The notes under the pieces were generated by a model. That model had not been told where the DNA came from, did not search any database, and saw only the letters and a program-made list of their open reading frames with translations. Positions 52,600-64,000 of a DNA stretch of 64,000 bases are shown in pieces; the first letter of the stretch is position 1, and every line of letters starts with the position of its first letter. Made by a program: the position numbers and the translations under genes. This DNA comes from Tubulanus polymorphus (lineage: Eukaryota > Animalia > Nemertea): assembly GCF_964204645.1 (NCBI RefSeq), contig NC_134025.1:16529101-16593100 (forward strand). The letters are read 5' to 3'.

Positions 52600-53685
52600 T
52601 AAAAATAAACATATAAGACTCTCCCATGACTGGAAAATGAGAAACTAACATATCTTGAAATATCTTTTTGAATATTTTATATATTTTGAATATTTAGAGT
52701 TGAATTATTATTTTTGAGTTATGATATTTTGATTTCAGATGGTGTGATTTATTGTTTCGAGTGTAATATTTTCCACAATTAAATAACGCTTTTTCATTAG
52801 GTTCATATTTAGGTGTTTCGATTTTATTGTCTAAGTTACATTGAATTCCAACATCTTTGAATGATTTTTTATTTGGAATGTCAGGTGTAAATCTTTTTTC
52901 TTCTACTCTGAAAAACATTACATAATATTCTCTGAAAGGGCAATAACGTTAGTGTAGAAATAATGTTTTATGTGAATTTTCATTATTAAAAAGTGATTGC
53001 ATTTCATCTGTAATTATTAAATGTTGATCTAATTCTTCAAATGTTGTGAATTTTGGAATTATTGTATTGAATAAGATTTTATCTTTATCATTCGATAACT
53101 CTATTATTAGATAATGATTTTTAAATATAAATTCGGTAATATTTTTCACTTGAAAACGGAAACGTGCAGTTTTAATCAAATCTTTAATAGGAATGAAATT
53201 TTTAATTGTATAATATTTTTTAATTCATTTAAATCGATATCATTGAATTGTAGTATCTGTTCATTCATTTATAAGCTATTTTTTTGTTGTTAAAATTGAT
53301 ATTTTCTTTAACTCGTTAATTACTCGTTATTTTTATATTGAAAATAAGAATTTAAAGCATATAAATATTCTCTGTTTTAAATATGAATTATTTCGCTCAC
53401 ACTTTACTCACACTTTTTATGTTAAAAATTGATTTTTTATCATTCGAAATCTATATTTGATCTTATTTTTCTAGATTATTATGCTAACATTTTACTCTCA
53501 CTTTTAAAACATGAAATTTATTTTAAAATATATGAAATTCTTTTAAATAATGTTCATTTATATGAAATTATTAGGAGTCATAGGGAATATGGGGGTTCAA
53601 GTCAAAGGTTGAAAGGTCAGAAAATAAATTCGAGTGTGCGAGAATTAATTTTTTGACCTTTGGCTTGAACCCCCATATTCCCTAT
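52600..53685 (-). mobile_element. AT-rich virus-like (Polinton-related?) fragment ending in a 106-bp hairpin
   Basis: Very AT-rich, Lys/Asn/Ile-rich minus-strand ORFs, including C..YYTRNNKSHHLKSKYH. Palindrome at 53580-53685 is homologous to 59341-59480. Confidence 0.55.
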
Positions 53686-55312
53686 TTCTAAACTAGAACC
53701 GAGCAGATTAATAGATGAGAAGATTAAAAGACCAGTTTGTCTGCGTCAATCGAATTTGCCCTTTTACATTGATTGACAGCGGGAGCACAGCCAACCGCAG
53801 GGAGCAGTTATTTTACTTCAATGTAACATTGTACATTGGCCTTCTAGCCGTTTTATGAAACAAAATGCTCCTTGAAATTTCTTTAAAAATCGCCACAAAT
53901 TCGTCGATTTCTCTTAAATGAACGCGATATTCAAAATTCCATTTCCAACAGATTTTAGCCGCATGATGAAGCTACATTTTGCACATAAACATAGTAGATT
54001 ACATGACTTCGTGTCAAAGTTATAACCTCATTTGTTAGCAAAAATTCGATTTTTGGACCCATTACAACATCTCGGGCTTCACCCGTGATAAAAACGGCAG
54101 CATTTGGTAAAATTGACTACCACACCTGGGGCGGGTGATTCTAGAAATAAACGAATTTGTGAAATTTGTGAATCTTGATTGAGTCGTTGAAAACTTTTAC
54201 AATGAACCGCGTTGGTCAAATGATTTTAAAATCGCCTTAGCAACCAGATCGAATTTAGGAAAATGAAAGCGCAAAGTTTTTCGTTCAACCTTTGAATTAT
54301 ACAAGGGCGCGGGATCCTATCGTACGACAGGCACCGCGGACCCGGACTCTCTCAGAGAAGTGCGGAAACATCGTGGTCGGCTGAGAAATTGGTCACCGCC
54401 GCTCTCACCAAATAAGGAAGCTTGTACTGCTGGCCACGTGCGCCATTTATTTCGTTGCGATATCGAGGAAAAAAACAATTTAGAATCTTTGGTTCTTTAA
54501 GGAAAGCACGATCCACTGAATATGATAAAAAATAAGAAAAAAAACTTTTAAAAAAGAACATTCTTTTTAACCGAATTATTTTATTATAGGGGCCTAACAT
54601 TTTTCTTCTGCCGGATTTTTGGATATTTTTCTCACAGAAATGAATATTTTTTGTGCACATTTATGATGCATATTTTGTTACGTCCTTAATTTTTTTCTCA
54701 CGGAATTCGTCTACTTCGAAATGTGAATTTAAAATTTACAATGCCACGGCTGTTAACTCCTGGCTATGCTTGCAGTTTACCGCTGTCATCGTCTTGGAAT
54801 GCTGTACCATTTTCGTTTCACAAAGACGTTTCCCTATCTATTCAATTTATTCATTAATTGAGTATATCAATTTATGGTCCTCTCTCTGAACTGGGGTGTT
54901 CAATGATGTACCGTACATAATTTTTAACGAAATGTTCATTCACAAAATCAAATTTACTGGTGTTCATTCTTTTTATCCAAGATATTTGGGGTAATTTTCT
55001 TGCATCACAGTTGTCGACGGTGCCTTCAGAAAAAATATATTTTAATTTAAATTATGGTTGAATTTAAATCAATGGCTGCGTAACAAGGCCTCTGTCACTT
55101 AGATTTCATCTATTACATATTACCATGTATGATTGCGACTACTAACCACCTGGCCAAGTAGGCTTAGATGCACTCGCGTCTTGTTTCATTTTTCTCAAGA
55201 ACTCAACCTATTTATATTGTAAACCCAGGGAATTTGACATTACCCATTGAGAATATAATGATGTACTGGAATGACAGGGATCCATTTGACGCATATTTTC
55301 TTTCATTTCTAG

Positions 55313-55417
55313 GTTAACAAATTGGATCAGAAAATGGACCAAGCGTTATTTCTTTTAAACACAATCATAAAGAGTAAAGGCGGTGTGAATGAAACATCTA
55401 AAGAGGATGCTGTATAG
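55313..55417 (+). CDS. KCNQ1: KCNQ1-like terminal coding exon (end of helix D, stop)
   Basis: tttctag| VNKLDQKMDQALFLLNTIIKSKGGVNETSKEDAV TAG. Phase 0; continues the RVENQ coiled coil. Confidence 0.88.
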   Translation, partial: VNKLDQKMDQALFLLNTIIKSKGGVNETSKEDAV

Positions 55418-56555
55418 CAGTGAAGGTGAACACCGTTAACAGTGTTCTCCGAGCAAGTCGTGATTCACTCACCCATTATTAGTATCGATCTCTGATGTCT
55501 TGATTTCCACCAAACTAACGTATTGTGTGACCGCTGTTTTTGTTCTGAATATATTAACATTCCAATTCAGGATAAAATTTAGCGCTTGAGTGTAAGACAC
55601 TTTTTGGAATTCAATATGCAGCTATATAGTGCCTACAAGGATTTCACGTGATGATCTTTCATAACTTAGAAGGTTTGCTTTACATATCCAGTGAGTAATG
55701 TTCTGAGTTCTCAAGTTTATACTGGATTTATACTGAAATTATTGTTTGTCCATAATATATTATGTATTATTCACTTGATATGACATCATTTTATCTGATA
55801 GAATTGTCAAGTACTAGAGTATCGGTATGATGTTAAAATTTTGTTTAGTAATTTTAAGTGAATTTGTAGTTAGACATTGAAATTCTTAAGGCCGAAAAAA
55901 ATAAGCTACCCTGTTTCTCATTACGGCAAGACAGTTGAATAAGACGAGGATGGGAGGTTTTCATTTTTAAATAAAAGAGTCCAAATGAAAATGCTTTAAT
56001 GATTAATTTTCCATGACGATGGCTGACATCCCATTTTCTTATGAGGTCATGAAGGAATTGTAGCAATTCCCAACACTTGAGAAAAAAACTTAAGTCTTAA
56101 TTGGGAACAAACTTTTTTTAAATTTCAAGAATAACATGTATTACATTGTTTAATTAATTTGATACAAATTTTCTTCAAATTTCAAGGTTCTTAACAAAAA
56201 TATTTTCTTTGGTTGTCGACACTGGTAAAAAGACTGAAGTATCAATCCACGGGGACGTAAAAACTGCAACAACTTTAATAAACTGCACCAGACCTAATAA
56301 ACACCTCACTTCTACGACATCAGCAATGAAATGAAATTTACCATTTAAGAATTTGCAACCACAGACATGGTTTGAGGCCAAACGATGTCCAATGAAGAAG
56401 CTTTGGTTCAAATTGTTGCTTGTTACTTGGACAATCAAGCTTGCGAGCGGAGATGAAACAATATTAGTGGAAATGGGAAAACTACTGACGACATTTACAG
56501 TGCGACAGGACATGTGGATTTTATCTTTAATATCGATTTTAAAGATTTATATTGA

Positions 56556-58385
56556 TTAGCCCACTTGGGACTTAAGTCCCAGCTAGCTATTGTGTTCACT
56601 TTTCGTCCGTCCGTGAGTCCATAGACCGAATCCAGTTATCTTGGGGGAGTTTTGAAGACGCTTCAGTGGATTGTCTTGATCTTTGGTTTATGTATGTATC
56701 TACTTAAAATACATCTTCTGCCCAAAAACTGGCTCGATCAGAATCAAGATGGCCAACTGGCAGCCATTGCTGTTTGCCAATATCAACACATTTTAGGCCA
56801 TTCGTAGGCTGAGCCTAATACTATACAAATGGAGTGAATTAAAATGATATGGTTCCAGAGCTGAGGCCATTTGACTGTGCAACTGAGCCTATATTCATAC
56901 GAATGATTCATTAAAGCATTATTCATTCTCCAAATCCTACGAAGTTGAATTTTGAAAAAGGGACTCGCTAAAATTTATGAGCTTTTTCGCGAAAATCGCA
57001 AAGATATGTGTTTTGAAAAGCCCATCAGAAAGCAAAGCCTCCTTTTTGATTAGCATAGCAGCAGAGATCAGCAGGTGTTCGCGTGAACCCACACTATTGT
57101 CTACTGTTTTACTTCTGGGTTTTATTTCAAGATTTAAAATTGTATTTCAAGATAGATTTCTGTGAAAGGGAGGAATATTTTTATTTGCACTACAGCTAAT
57201 GTCATTGACAATTATGCAAAGTCCGGGAAAAATAGCTTTTACTCAAATCGGATAGATGACCTTGGTATGCTAATTAGCCATGTGTTCAAACTGCAAATTC
57301 AATTAATTTTTTTCTCCAAAAAACATCAAATCCAATTCGATTTCGGTTCATTGAGCAAATTTCAGAAAATTTAATTCAATTCCACATTCAAATCAATAAG
57401 ACCAAGGGAAAATATTTATCTGAAGTATTTGTTCCTGCCAGCTCCAGTCGCTGTCTGTGCTACTTATGAAAACACGGTTGTATTGTGTAAATTGTATATA
57501 GGTATTGACTCATTTGCCATTTTATGAAAAACAGACAGGCTGGCCATAGTGCCCCTAGGGGCTCTTGTTGAAATTTTCAAGGGGAATGCTGATAACGCTT
57601 TGATTTTTCAGATATATTTGTACCCCCCCACCATGATGCACCAGCATAAGAGGAAATGACTCGATCCGACACAAGAAGGCCGTCGAGTGACCATTGCGTG
57701 CCCAAAGAGGTCATTTTTGCCTTGGATTCCGAAACCTGTAGCTTCCGAATGGTTTGCCATTTTTCATTGAAATTCATTAAGGTTTTACTCGGAGAAGGGC
57801 TCGTATACATATCAAACAGATTCTCTGCTCAGTCAAGCGTGACGCAATTGGTAGCCATCATGGTGTCATCACTCCTAATTTGTAGATTAAAAAGGTTTAT
57901 TGAGTAGGATATCAACAGATTTTGACTTAAAGTCTTGATATTTGATAAAAAGTATCACTTGCTCAGGTGGAATTGGGGTTACCCAGATTTTTGTTCTCAA
58001 CACCAGGAGGAGTTTACAAAGTTTACGGAGTTTATGCTTACAGTTTACCTAACCATTTACCACAATGAATTGCAAAGTTGTAGCTTATGACATGTATGAT
58101 TTCGTTTGAGTTTCAAGGGGATTGGTTTTGAATATGGTCACCAGGAGGCATTGAATAGCCAAATAACTAACTATTTTCATTCTGTATCTTGTAACCACAA
58201 TGAATTGAAGCTTGTCAATTGCAAAATTTTAGCTAGTGACATGTTCTATGAATGTAGTCAGTTCTAAGGCCATTGCGTTCTCGTTCTTAATATGTTCACC
58301 AGAGGCCCGGGCGTTGCAAATTGATATTTTCTGGTTGTTGCACATTTCAAACCACTTCCCAAGTGGGTGTGGTGGCACCATTGTT
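56556..58385 (+). mobile_element. HINE family A copy containing a nested family B element
   Basis: Same 5' cccacttgggacttaagtccc..cgtccgtccgt and 3' ccacttcccaagtggg as 33146-34263. Confidence 0.8.
56793..57569 (+). mobile_element. HINE family B, nested
   Basis: ttaggccattcgtaggctg ... gctggccatagt-gcccctaggggc-tcttgtt. Homologous to 38478-39290. Confidence 0.8.
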
Positions 58386-58609
58386 ATTTGTAACTTTACA
58401 ATCCTGATGCGGGCGTGTTTCGCTTTTATTTACCATTTTTGACATAAAAATTTAGACGCGGACAATGATGAGAAACCAGGAATCTTTTAAGTCTGGCCTT
58501 TTTAGTCTCTAAAAAAGAATTGCTGTGTATCGAGTCTTTTTGTACCTTGAACGATAAGTGACATTTAACCACTTACTTACAAAGATGAAATGACGAGAAG
58601 AGAATTCCG

Positions 58610-59252
58610 ACGTCAGGACAAACATGGGTAGTAAATTGGGGTATCCCAATGGGGTCGTAGATTGGGGTGGCTAAAAACTCCATCTTTCATGCATTTTACC
58701 ACATCTTTGTTCACATTATGTGAACGAATATTAAATCGATTGTTGGGATAACTAAGTTTGGATAACATTGCACGAGAAACGTTTTAAGTGATAACAAACT
58801 AGTTACCAGTCAAATTCTTGATTACTTAATGCAAGTCGTTGGCCCATCAATGCTTTATCCTGCGTAAAATATTGAATTTTTCACGGTTTGCAATTTTCTC
58901 AGGGGATTTGAACGTGCAGGACTGGACTCAATATGTGTAGCACGAGGAACCAATCAAAAATGTAATTCTCCATGTACGTTGAAATGATGAAATGGTGGGA
59001 TTCGAACCTACTATATTTATAGCTCCGTCACTGAATACGGAACAACCTCAATACAGTTTTAGAATGGCACTGCGCGTCATTCAAACTTTCAAGGTGCATT
59101 TGAATCAGTTTTAGAAAAGAATACAAAAAGATTACCTCATCTGTGGATGAATAACTATTCTTGAACCTATTCTTAGAAACATGTACAATATGAGATTTAA
59201 GGAAACCCCAATTAAGTACCCCAATCTAGTACCCCACGTTTTGTCCTGACCC
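58610..59252. mobile_element. Mutator-like MITE
   Basis: TIR gtcaggacaaaac.tggg.ta.ta.attggggta. TSD agaatt(c/a)cg at 58601-58609 and 59253-59261. Confidence 0.7.
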
Positions 59253-59340
59253 AGAATTACGTGAAAATTTGCCGTCATGTAGTTGTTTAAAGGGCATATA
59301 CCATCAAAATAGACCACATCAAACTTTATAAGCAAGCTCA

Positions 59341-59392
59341 TAAAAAATAAAAAATAAATTCTCGCACACTCGAATTTATTTTTTATTTTTTA
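59341..59392. other. Perfect hairpin at the left edge of the pPolB segment
   Basis: taaaaaataaaaaataaattc-TCGCACACTC-gaatttattttttatttttta (21-bp arms). Confidence 0.85.
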
Positions 59393-59521
59393 CTCACTCG
59401 CCCCTTCAACCTTTGATATGAAACAGCTTATTCCCTATTACTCTTAAAATATTCACATACATGAATAAAATATAAATGAATAACTTCTAAAATCAATTTT
59501 GATAAAAATTTTAGTATTGAA

Positions 59522-62500
59522 ATGGAAGCAAATAAGTACTACTGTCCAACATGTAATATCAATATAGATAAATCCCAAAAATCAAGACACAATAAAACTA
59601 AAACACATTTAGAGAATAAATTAAAGTTAGAATATAAAGATGATATATTAGAAACTAAATTAGATGAATTAAAGAATGAAAAAGAAACATACAAATGTGA
59701 TACATGTTATCAATCATTCAGTGATAAAAGATATTATAAAGAACATTTAAAATCTAAAAGTCATATTGGAAATATGAATAATGATATTTTAGGTGAGGAT
59801 TATTTTGATAATGACAATGATAAGAAACCGAAGACAATTAAAAGAATAAGAAATAAATTAAACAATAAAAGACCATACATGGAAGATGTAAGAAATTATA
59901 TTAATTCATTAGATAATAAAAAAGATATAGAGATAACCGAAGCATTTAAAAGTGATATTGGTCCAGCAGCTATTGAGTTTAAATTTCATAAAGGAAAAAC
60001 AGAAGAAAATAAAAAACATTTAGAAAATATGAAAAATATTATAAAAATAATAACTGATGTTGAATGCCCTAAAATTAGTATATCTTCTAAAGTAAATTTT
60101 ATAAAATCTGAAGATAAACCAATATATAATATAAATTCTCATTCACAACATATTATATCTAAACAACATATAGATGATAAATTAGATAAATGTTATAATG
60201 AAGTAAAAACTTATAGAAGAGAAATATTTTGAAGGATCAGGTTTAATATTTGATGAAATAATATTTATGACTTTACATGTTTATAACACAAAATATAATA
60301 AGTTAACTAAATCAAAACCAATTGATGAAAATAATTTATCATATTATAAAGAACCAGATATTGAAGCATCGAGTTATATTAAACTACCATTTAAAACTAA
60401 TGCTGTAATAAATGTACAAAATTTTGATGATAAATGTTTTCTATGGACAATTATAAGTTGCTTACATCCAACAGAAGATATTACACATAGTTTTAGATTA
60501 ACACATTATAAACAATTTGAAAATAATTATAAGATAGATAAGTATCCTGTAAGAATTAAAAATATCCCAAAAATAGAAAGAGATAATAATTTAAGAATAA
60601 ATGTATTTGATTTAATCAAATTACCAAATACAAAAGGTAACAATATAAAACATTATACATTAGAACCTTTATACCTATCAAAAGATTATGATTCAAATGG
60701 TGTTATAGATATATTATATTATGAGAATCATTATATGTGGATTAAGAGAATTGATTTATTTTTTAAATCAGAAAATGATTTTGATAATAAGATATATCTA
60801 TGTAGAAAATGTTTACATAAATTCAGAACTGAAAGTGCATTATTAAATCATAAACAATTATGTGAAAATCATGATTATTGTAAATTAGTTTTACCAAATG
60901 AAAAAGATAAAATATTAGAATTCAAAAAATATGATAACTAAAATAAAGTACCATTTGTTATATATGGAGATTTTGAATCATTAAATAAAGAATTTACTGA
61001 TCAAGATAGAAAAGAAATATATTATAAAAGAAAGAAATTAAATTCTAATGAAAATGATACAATTAAAAAGATTCATCAATCAGCTGCAGCTTTCGGGTTA
61101 TATATAAAATCTGATTATCCAGAACTAATTGAAAGTGAATATTATGATTATAGAAATGAAAATGTTATCAATCATTTTTGTGACTTATTAATTGAATATG
61201 AAATAAGATTTAGTAAATTATTGAATACAAATATAGAAATTATAATGACAGAAGATGATAAAGAGGAATTTGTGTTTGCAGGTAAATGTTATTATTGTGA
61301 AAAGATATTTAATTATAAAGATAAAAAAGTAAGAGACCATGATCATTTGAATGGAAAGTTTAGAAGCGCTGCACATGAGAATTGTAACTTACAAGCTAAG
61401 AAAATTAACTTTGTACCAGTTATATTTCATAATCTATCAGGATATGATGCACATTTATTTATCAAACAGTTATGTCATAAAATAGAAGAAATTAATAATG
61501 AAATAGAAAGATTAAATTCAAATAGATCAAAAGATAAAATACCAACTTATAAATTTAAAATGTTAGCTAAAACATCTGAGAATATCATTCCAATTTGGTT
61601 GCCTAAGATTTATAGATTCATATAGATTTTTAAATAGTTCATTAGATAACTTATCAAAATCATTAGTTGATGATGAATTAAAAATATTAAAACAACACTA
61701 TCCAAATAATGATGATTTCCAATTAATGAGATATAAAGGCGCAATTCCATATTCATTTTATAAAAATCATAATGATTTTAACATAACTGAATTATTAAAA
61801 GAACAATTCTATGATGAATTAAAAAATGAATATGTTAAAGATGAAGTATATAATAGAACATTGAATATTTGGAATCATTTTGGAATGAAAAATCATGGAC
61901 AATTAGTAGATTTATATCTAAAATCAGATGTATTATTATTAACTGATATATTCGAAAGGTTTAGAGATGTAAACCTAAAATATTTTAACATTGATCCATG
62001 TCATTGTTATTCATCACCAGGTTTAACATGGGATTGTGGATTAAAATTTACAGATATAAAAATGGATTTGTTAACAAATATAGGTCAATTATTATTATTT
62101 GAAAAATCTATAAGAGGAGGAGTTTCAGGTGTATTAGGTGATAGATATTTCAATGTAAATGATAACCCTGGATATAAGTTATTATATATAGATGCAAATA
62201 ATTTGCATGGTTGGGCAATGATGGAACCACAACCTTATGGAGTATTTGAAATAAGTGAAGTTTTACAACATGAAAATAATGATAAATTTGATTGGAAGAG
62301 AAGAATCCTAGATATTGCAGATGATTCAGATACTGGGTACTTTTTTGTTGTAGATTTAGAATATCCTGAATATATTAAATTTAAATCTAGAAATCTAGCA
62401 TACTGTCCCGAACATAAAACTGTAACTCATGAAGAACTATCAAATTATCAAAAAAGAATTAAAACCCGAAAATCATATTCATACAGAAAAGTTAATGGTA

Positions 62501-62647
62501 ACTCAAGAAGATAAATATAATTATGTAGTACATTATAGAATGTTAAAGTTTTATCTAAAACAAGGAATGATCCTAAAAAAAGTACATAGATATATTTCAT
62601 TTAGTCAATCTAAGTGGTTAGAAAAATATATAGATTTTAACACCAAA
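59522..62647 (+). pseudogene. Polinton/Maverick-type protein-primed family B DNA polymerase, disrupted and truncated
   Basis: N-terminal C2H2 fingers, EGSG, SYIKLP..NFDDKCFLW..HYMWIK, ExoI YGDFES, EndoVII-like DHDHLNGKFRSAAHENCNL, FHNLSGYDAHLF, FIDSYRF, YLKSDVLLL, IRGG, YIDANNL.GWAM. At least 3 frameshifts and one in-frame TAA (60939-60941). Confidence 0.9.
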
Positions 62648-63070
62648 TGTTCTAAATCGACGAAACGAATCCTCGAAAATCTATTGAACACGAAAGCACA
62701 GCTACATTTCAAACTCAGCGTGTTTATTTTAGCAACTAACGATGCTGCACTATGCCATATAATGCCGGTTTGCTACAAATATGAAAATATATATATAAGT
62801 AATCAATTCAATTTATGCAAAGAAAACTAACCCACAGCAAATCTAAAAATTCGTTACTTACAATTACTGTAGCTCCTCGAGCAAGTTTCTACGAAAATGA
62901 CCAATGCTCAACTGTGAGATATTCAATATATACTGTATATATAATGTACTAGACTTAGTAACAACAAAGCATGGAGAGGTTCAATGAAGGGTTACAAATC
63001 CTACAGTACTAAAGCTAAACTCGACTACAATGAAATTCTATAGCAGCAAACCGGACTTCAATTTACAACA
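62648..63070 (-). repeat. 3' LTR of a BEL/Pao element inserted in pPolB
   Basis: TGTTCTAAAT ... ATTTACAACA terminal inverted repeat. PPT-like ggaggtgc adjacent on the minus strand. pPolB similarity stops at YIDFNTK. Confidence 0.75.
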
Positions 63071-63221
63071 CAGCACCTCCTAAACATCCGTATCAGACGG
63101 TGTTTGAAAATATAACGATATCATATTACAAAGATTACATGATTACTTCAAATACATATTATTGTCGTATCAAATATAAGTAATTATCTCGCACATACAA
63201 ATACGAATTTAAGCAAGATAA

Positions 63222-64000
63222 TTATGCAATACTCTCTTCCAATACGCAAAGCTTAACTACTGGTCGAACATAACCTGACGAAGAGGTTTTTACTTTTACC
63301 GAACGAATTCGTCCATCATTAGGACTAGGATAAACTTCAATAATACGACCCAATGGCCATTGACCACGAGGAATGTCTTTGTCTTTGATTAACACTAAGT
63401 CACCTAATTTGACATTTTCTGTATTTTCTAGCCACTTGCTTCTCATGGTTAAGGGTGGCAAATACTCTTTCAGCCAGCGACGCCAAAAGTGGTCTGCCAG
63501 AACCTGGGACTGACGCCATCTTTTTCTACTGTTGATTTCACGCTCATGAAATACTCCAAGGGCCACGACAGAACTAGCACCCCCGTGTAAAAAGTGGTTT
63601 GGTGTAATGGGTGTAAAATCTGCAGGATCCACGCTATTATAAGTTAAAGGTCGACTATTAACAGATGCTTCCACCTCTATAAGCGTTGTTCGCAGCACGT
63701 TTTCAGGAAATGATTGTCCTTTAAGGACTGATTTGATAGCCGCCTTTACCGTTCGAACCAATCTCTCCCAAACCCCACCAAAATGGGGGGCACAGGGACT
63801 ATTAAAGGTCCATTTAATACCCTTTTCATGACAAAAATTAGAAATACGAGATTGATTTAATTGTGTTAAACATTCTCTTAACTCTCTCTCAGCTCCAACA
63901 AAGTTGGAACCATTGTCACTATAAATATGACTCGGCTGACCACGTCGCCCAATGAAATTCCTCAGAATTAGTAAAAATGTGTCAGTTTCCATTGAGTCAG
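63222..64000 (-). CDS. BEL/Pao integrase core and C-terminus (continues beyond the window)
   Basis: SDNGSNFVGA, APHFGGVWERLV, VNSRPLT, ITPNHFL, FWRRWLKEYL, WPLGRI, DGRIRSV; open frame. Confidence 0.92.
   Translation of the reverse strand, partial: DSMETDTFLLILRNFIGRRGQPSHIYSDNGSNFVGAERELRECLTQLNQSRISNFCHEKGIKWTFNSPCAPHFGGVWERLVRTVKAAIKSVLKGQSFPENVLRTTLIEVEASVNSRPLTYNSVDPADFTPITPNHFLHGGASSVVALGVFHEREINSRKRWRQSQVLADHFWRRWLKEYLPPLTMRSKWLENTENVKLGDLVLIKDKDIPRGQWPLGRIIEVYPSPNDGRIRSVKVKTSSSGYVRPVVKLCVLEESIA

Noticed and set aside
62648-62830. C-terminal part of ORF 62429-62830 as pPolB
   Set aside because: After YIDFNTK the frame simply reads into the BEL LTR.

Overview
AT-rich invertebrate (probably marine lophotrochozoan-type) nuclear DNA. 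The only host gene I can support is the 3' half of a KCNQ1-like voltage-gated K+ channel on the + strand. It has six exons (7688-7931, 8035-8143, 14798-14873, 20812-20906, 34441-34543, 55313-55417) whose GT-AG phases splice into one frame covering helices A-D to the stop. The introns and 3' flank are packed with mobile DNA: a near-complete Gypsy LTR element (39983-47362), two BEL/Pao remnants, a DIRS remnant, Penelope fragments with hammerhead ribozymes, Helentron-like HINEs, Harbinger/MULE/piggyBac non-autonomous elements (partly nested in a hAT-like relic), and two minisatellite arrays. There is also a decayed Polinton-type protein-primed PolB gene. The most unusual signals are: (i) two AT-rich virus-like segments, one carrying pPolB, that each begin at a homologous hairpin with the same 10-nt loop but different self-complementary arms; (ii) a Gypsy element with TA...TA LTR ends and gag/pol in one frame, separated by a UAG followed by an 8-nt spacer and a stem-loop (MLV-like readthrough). 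All calls were read by eye; no database searches were run.
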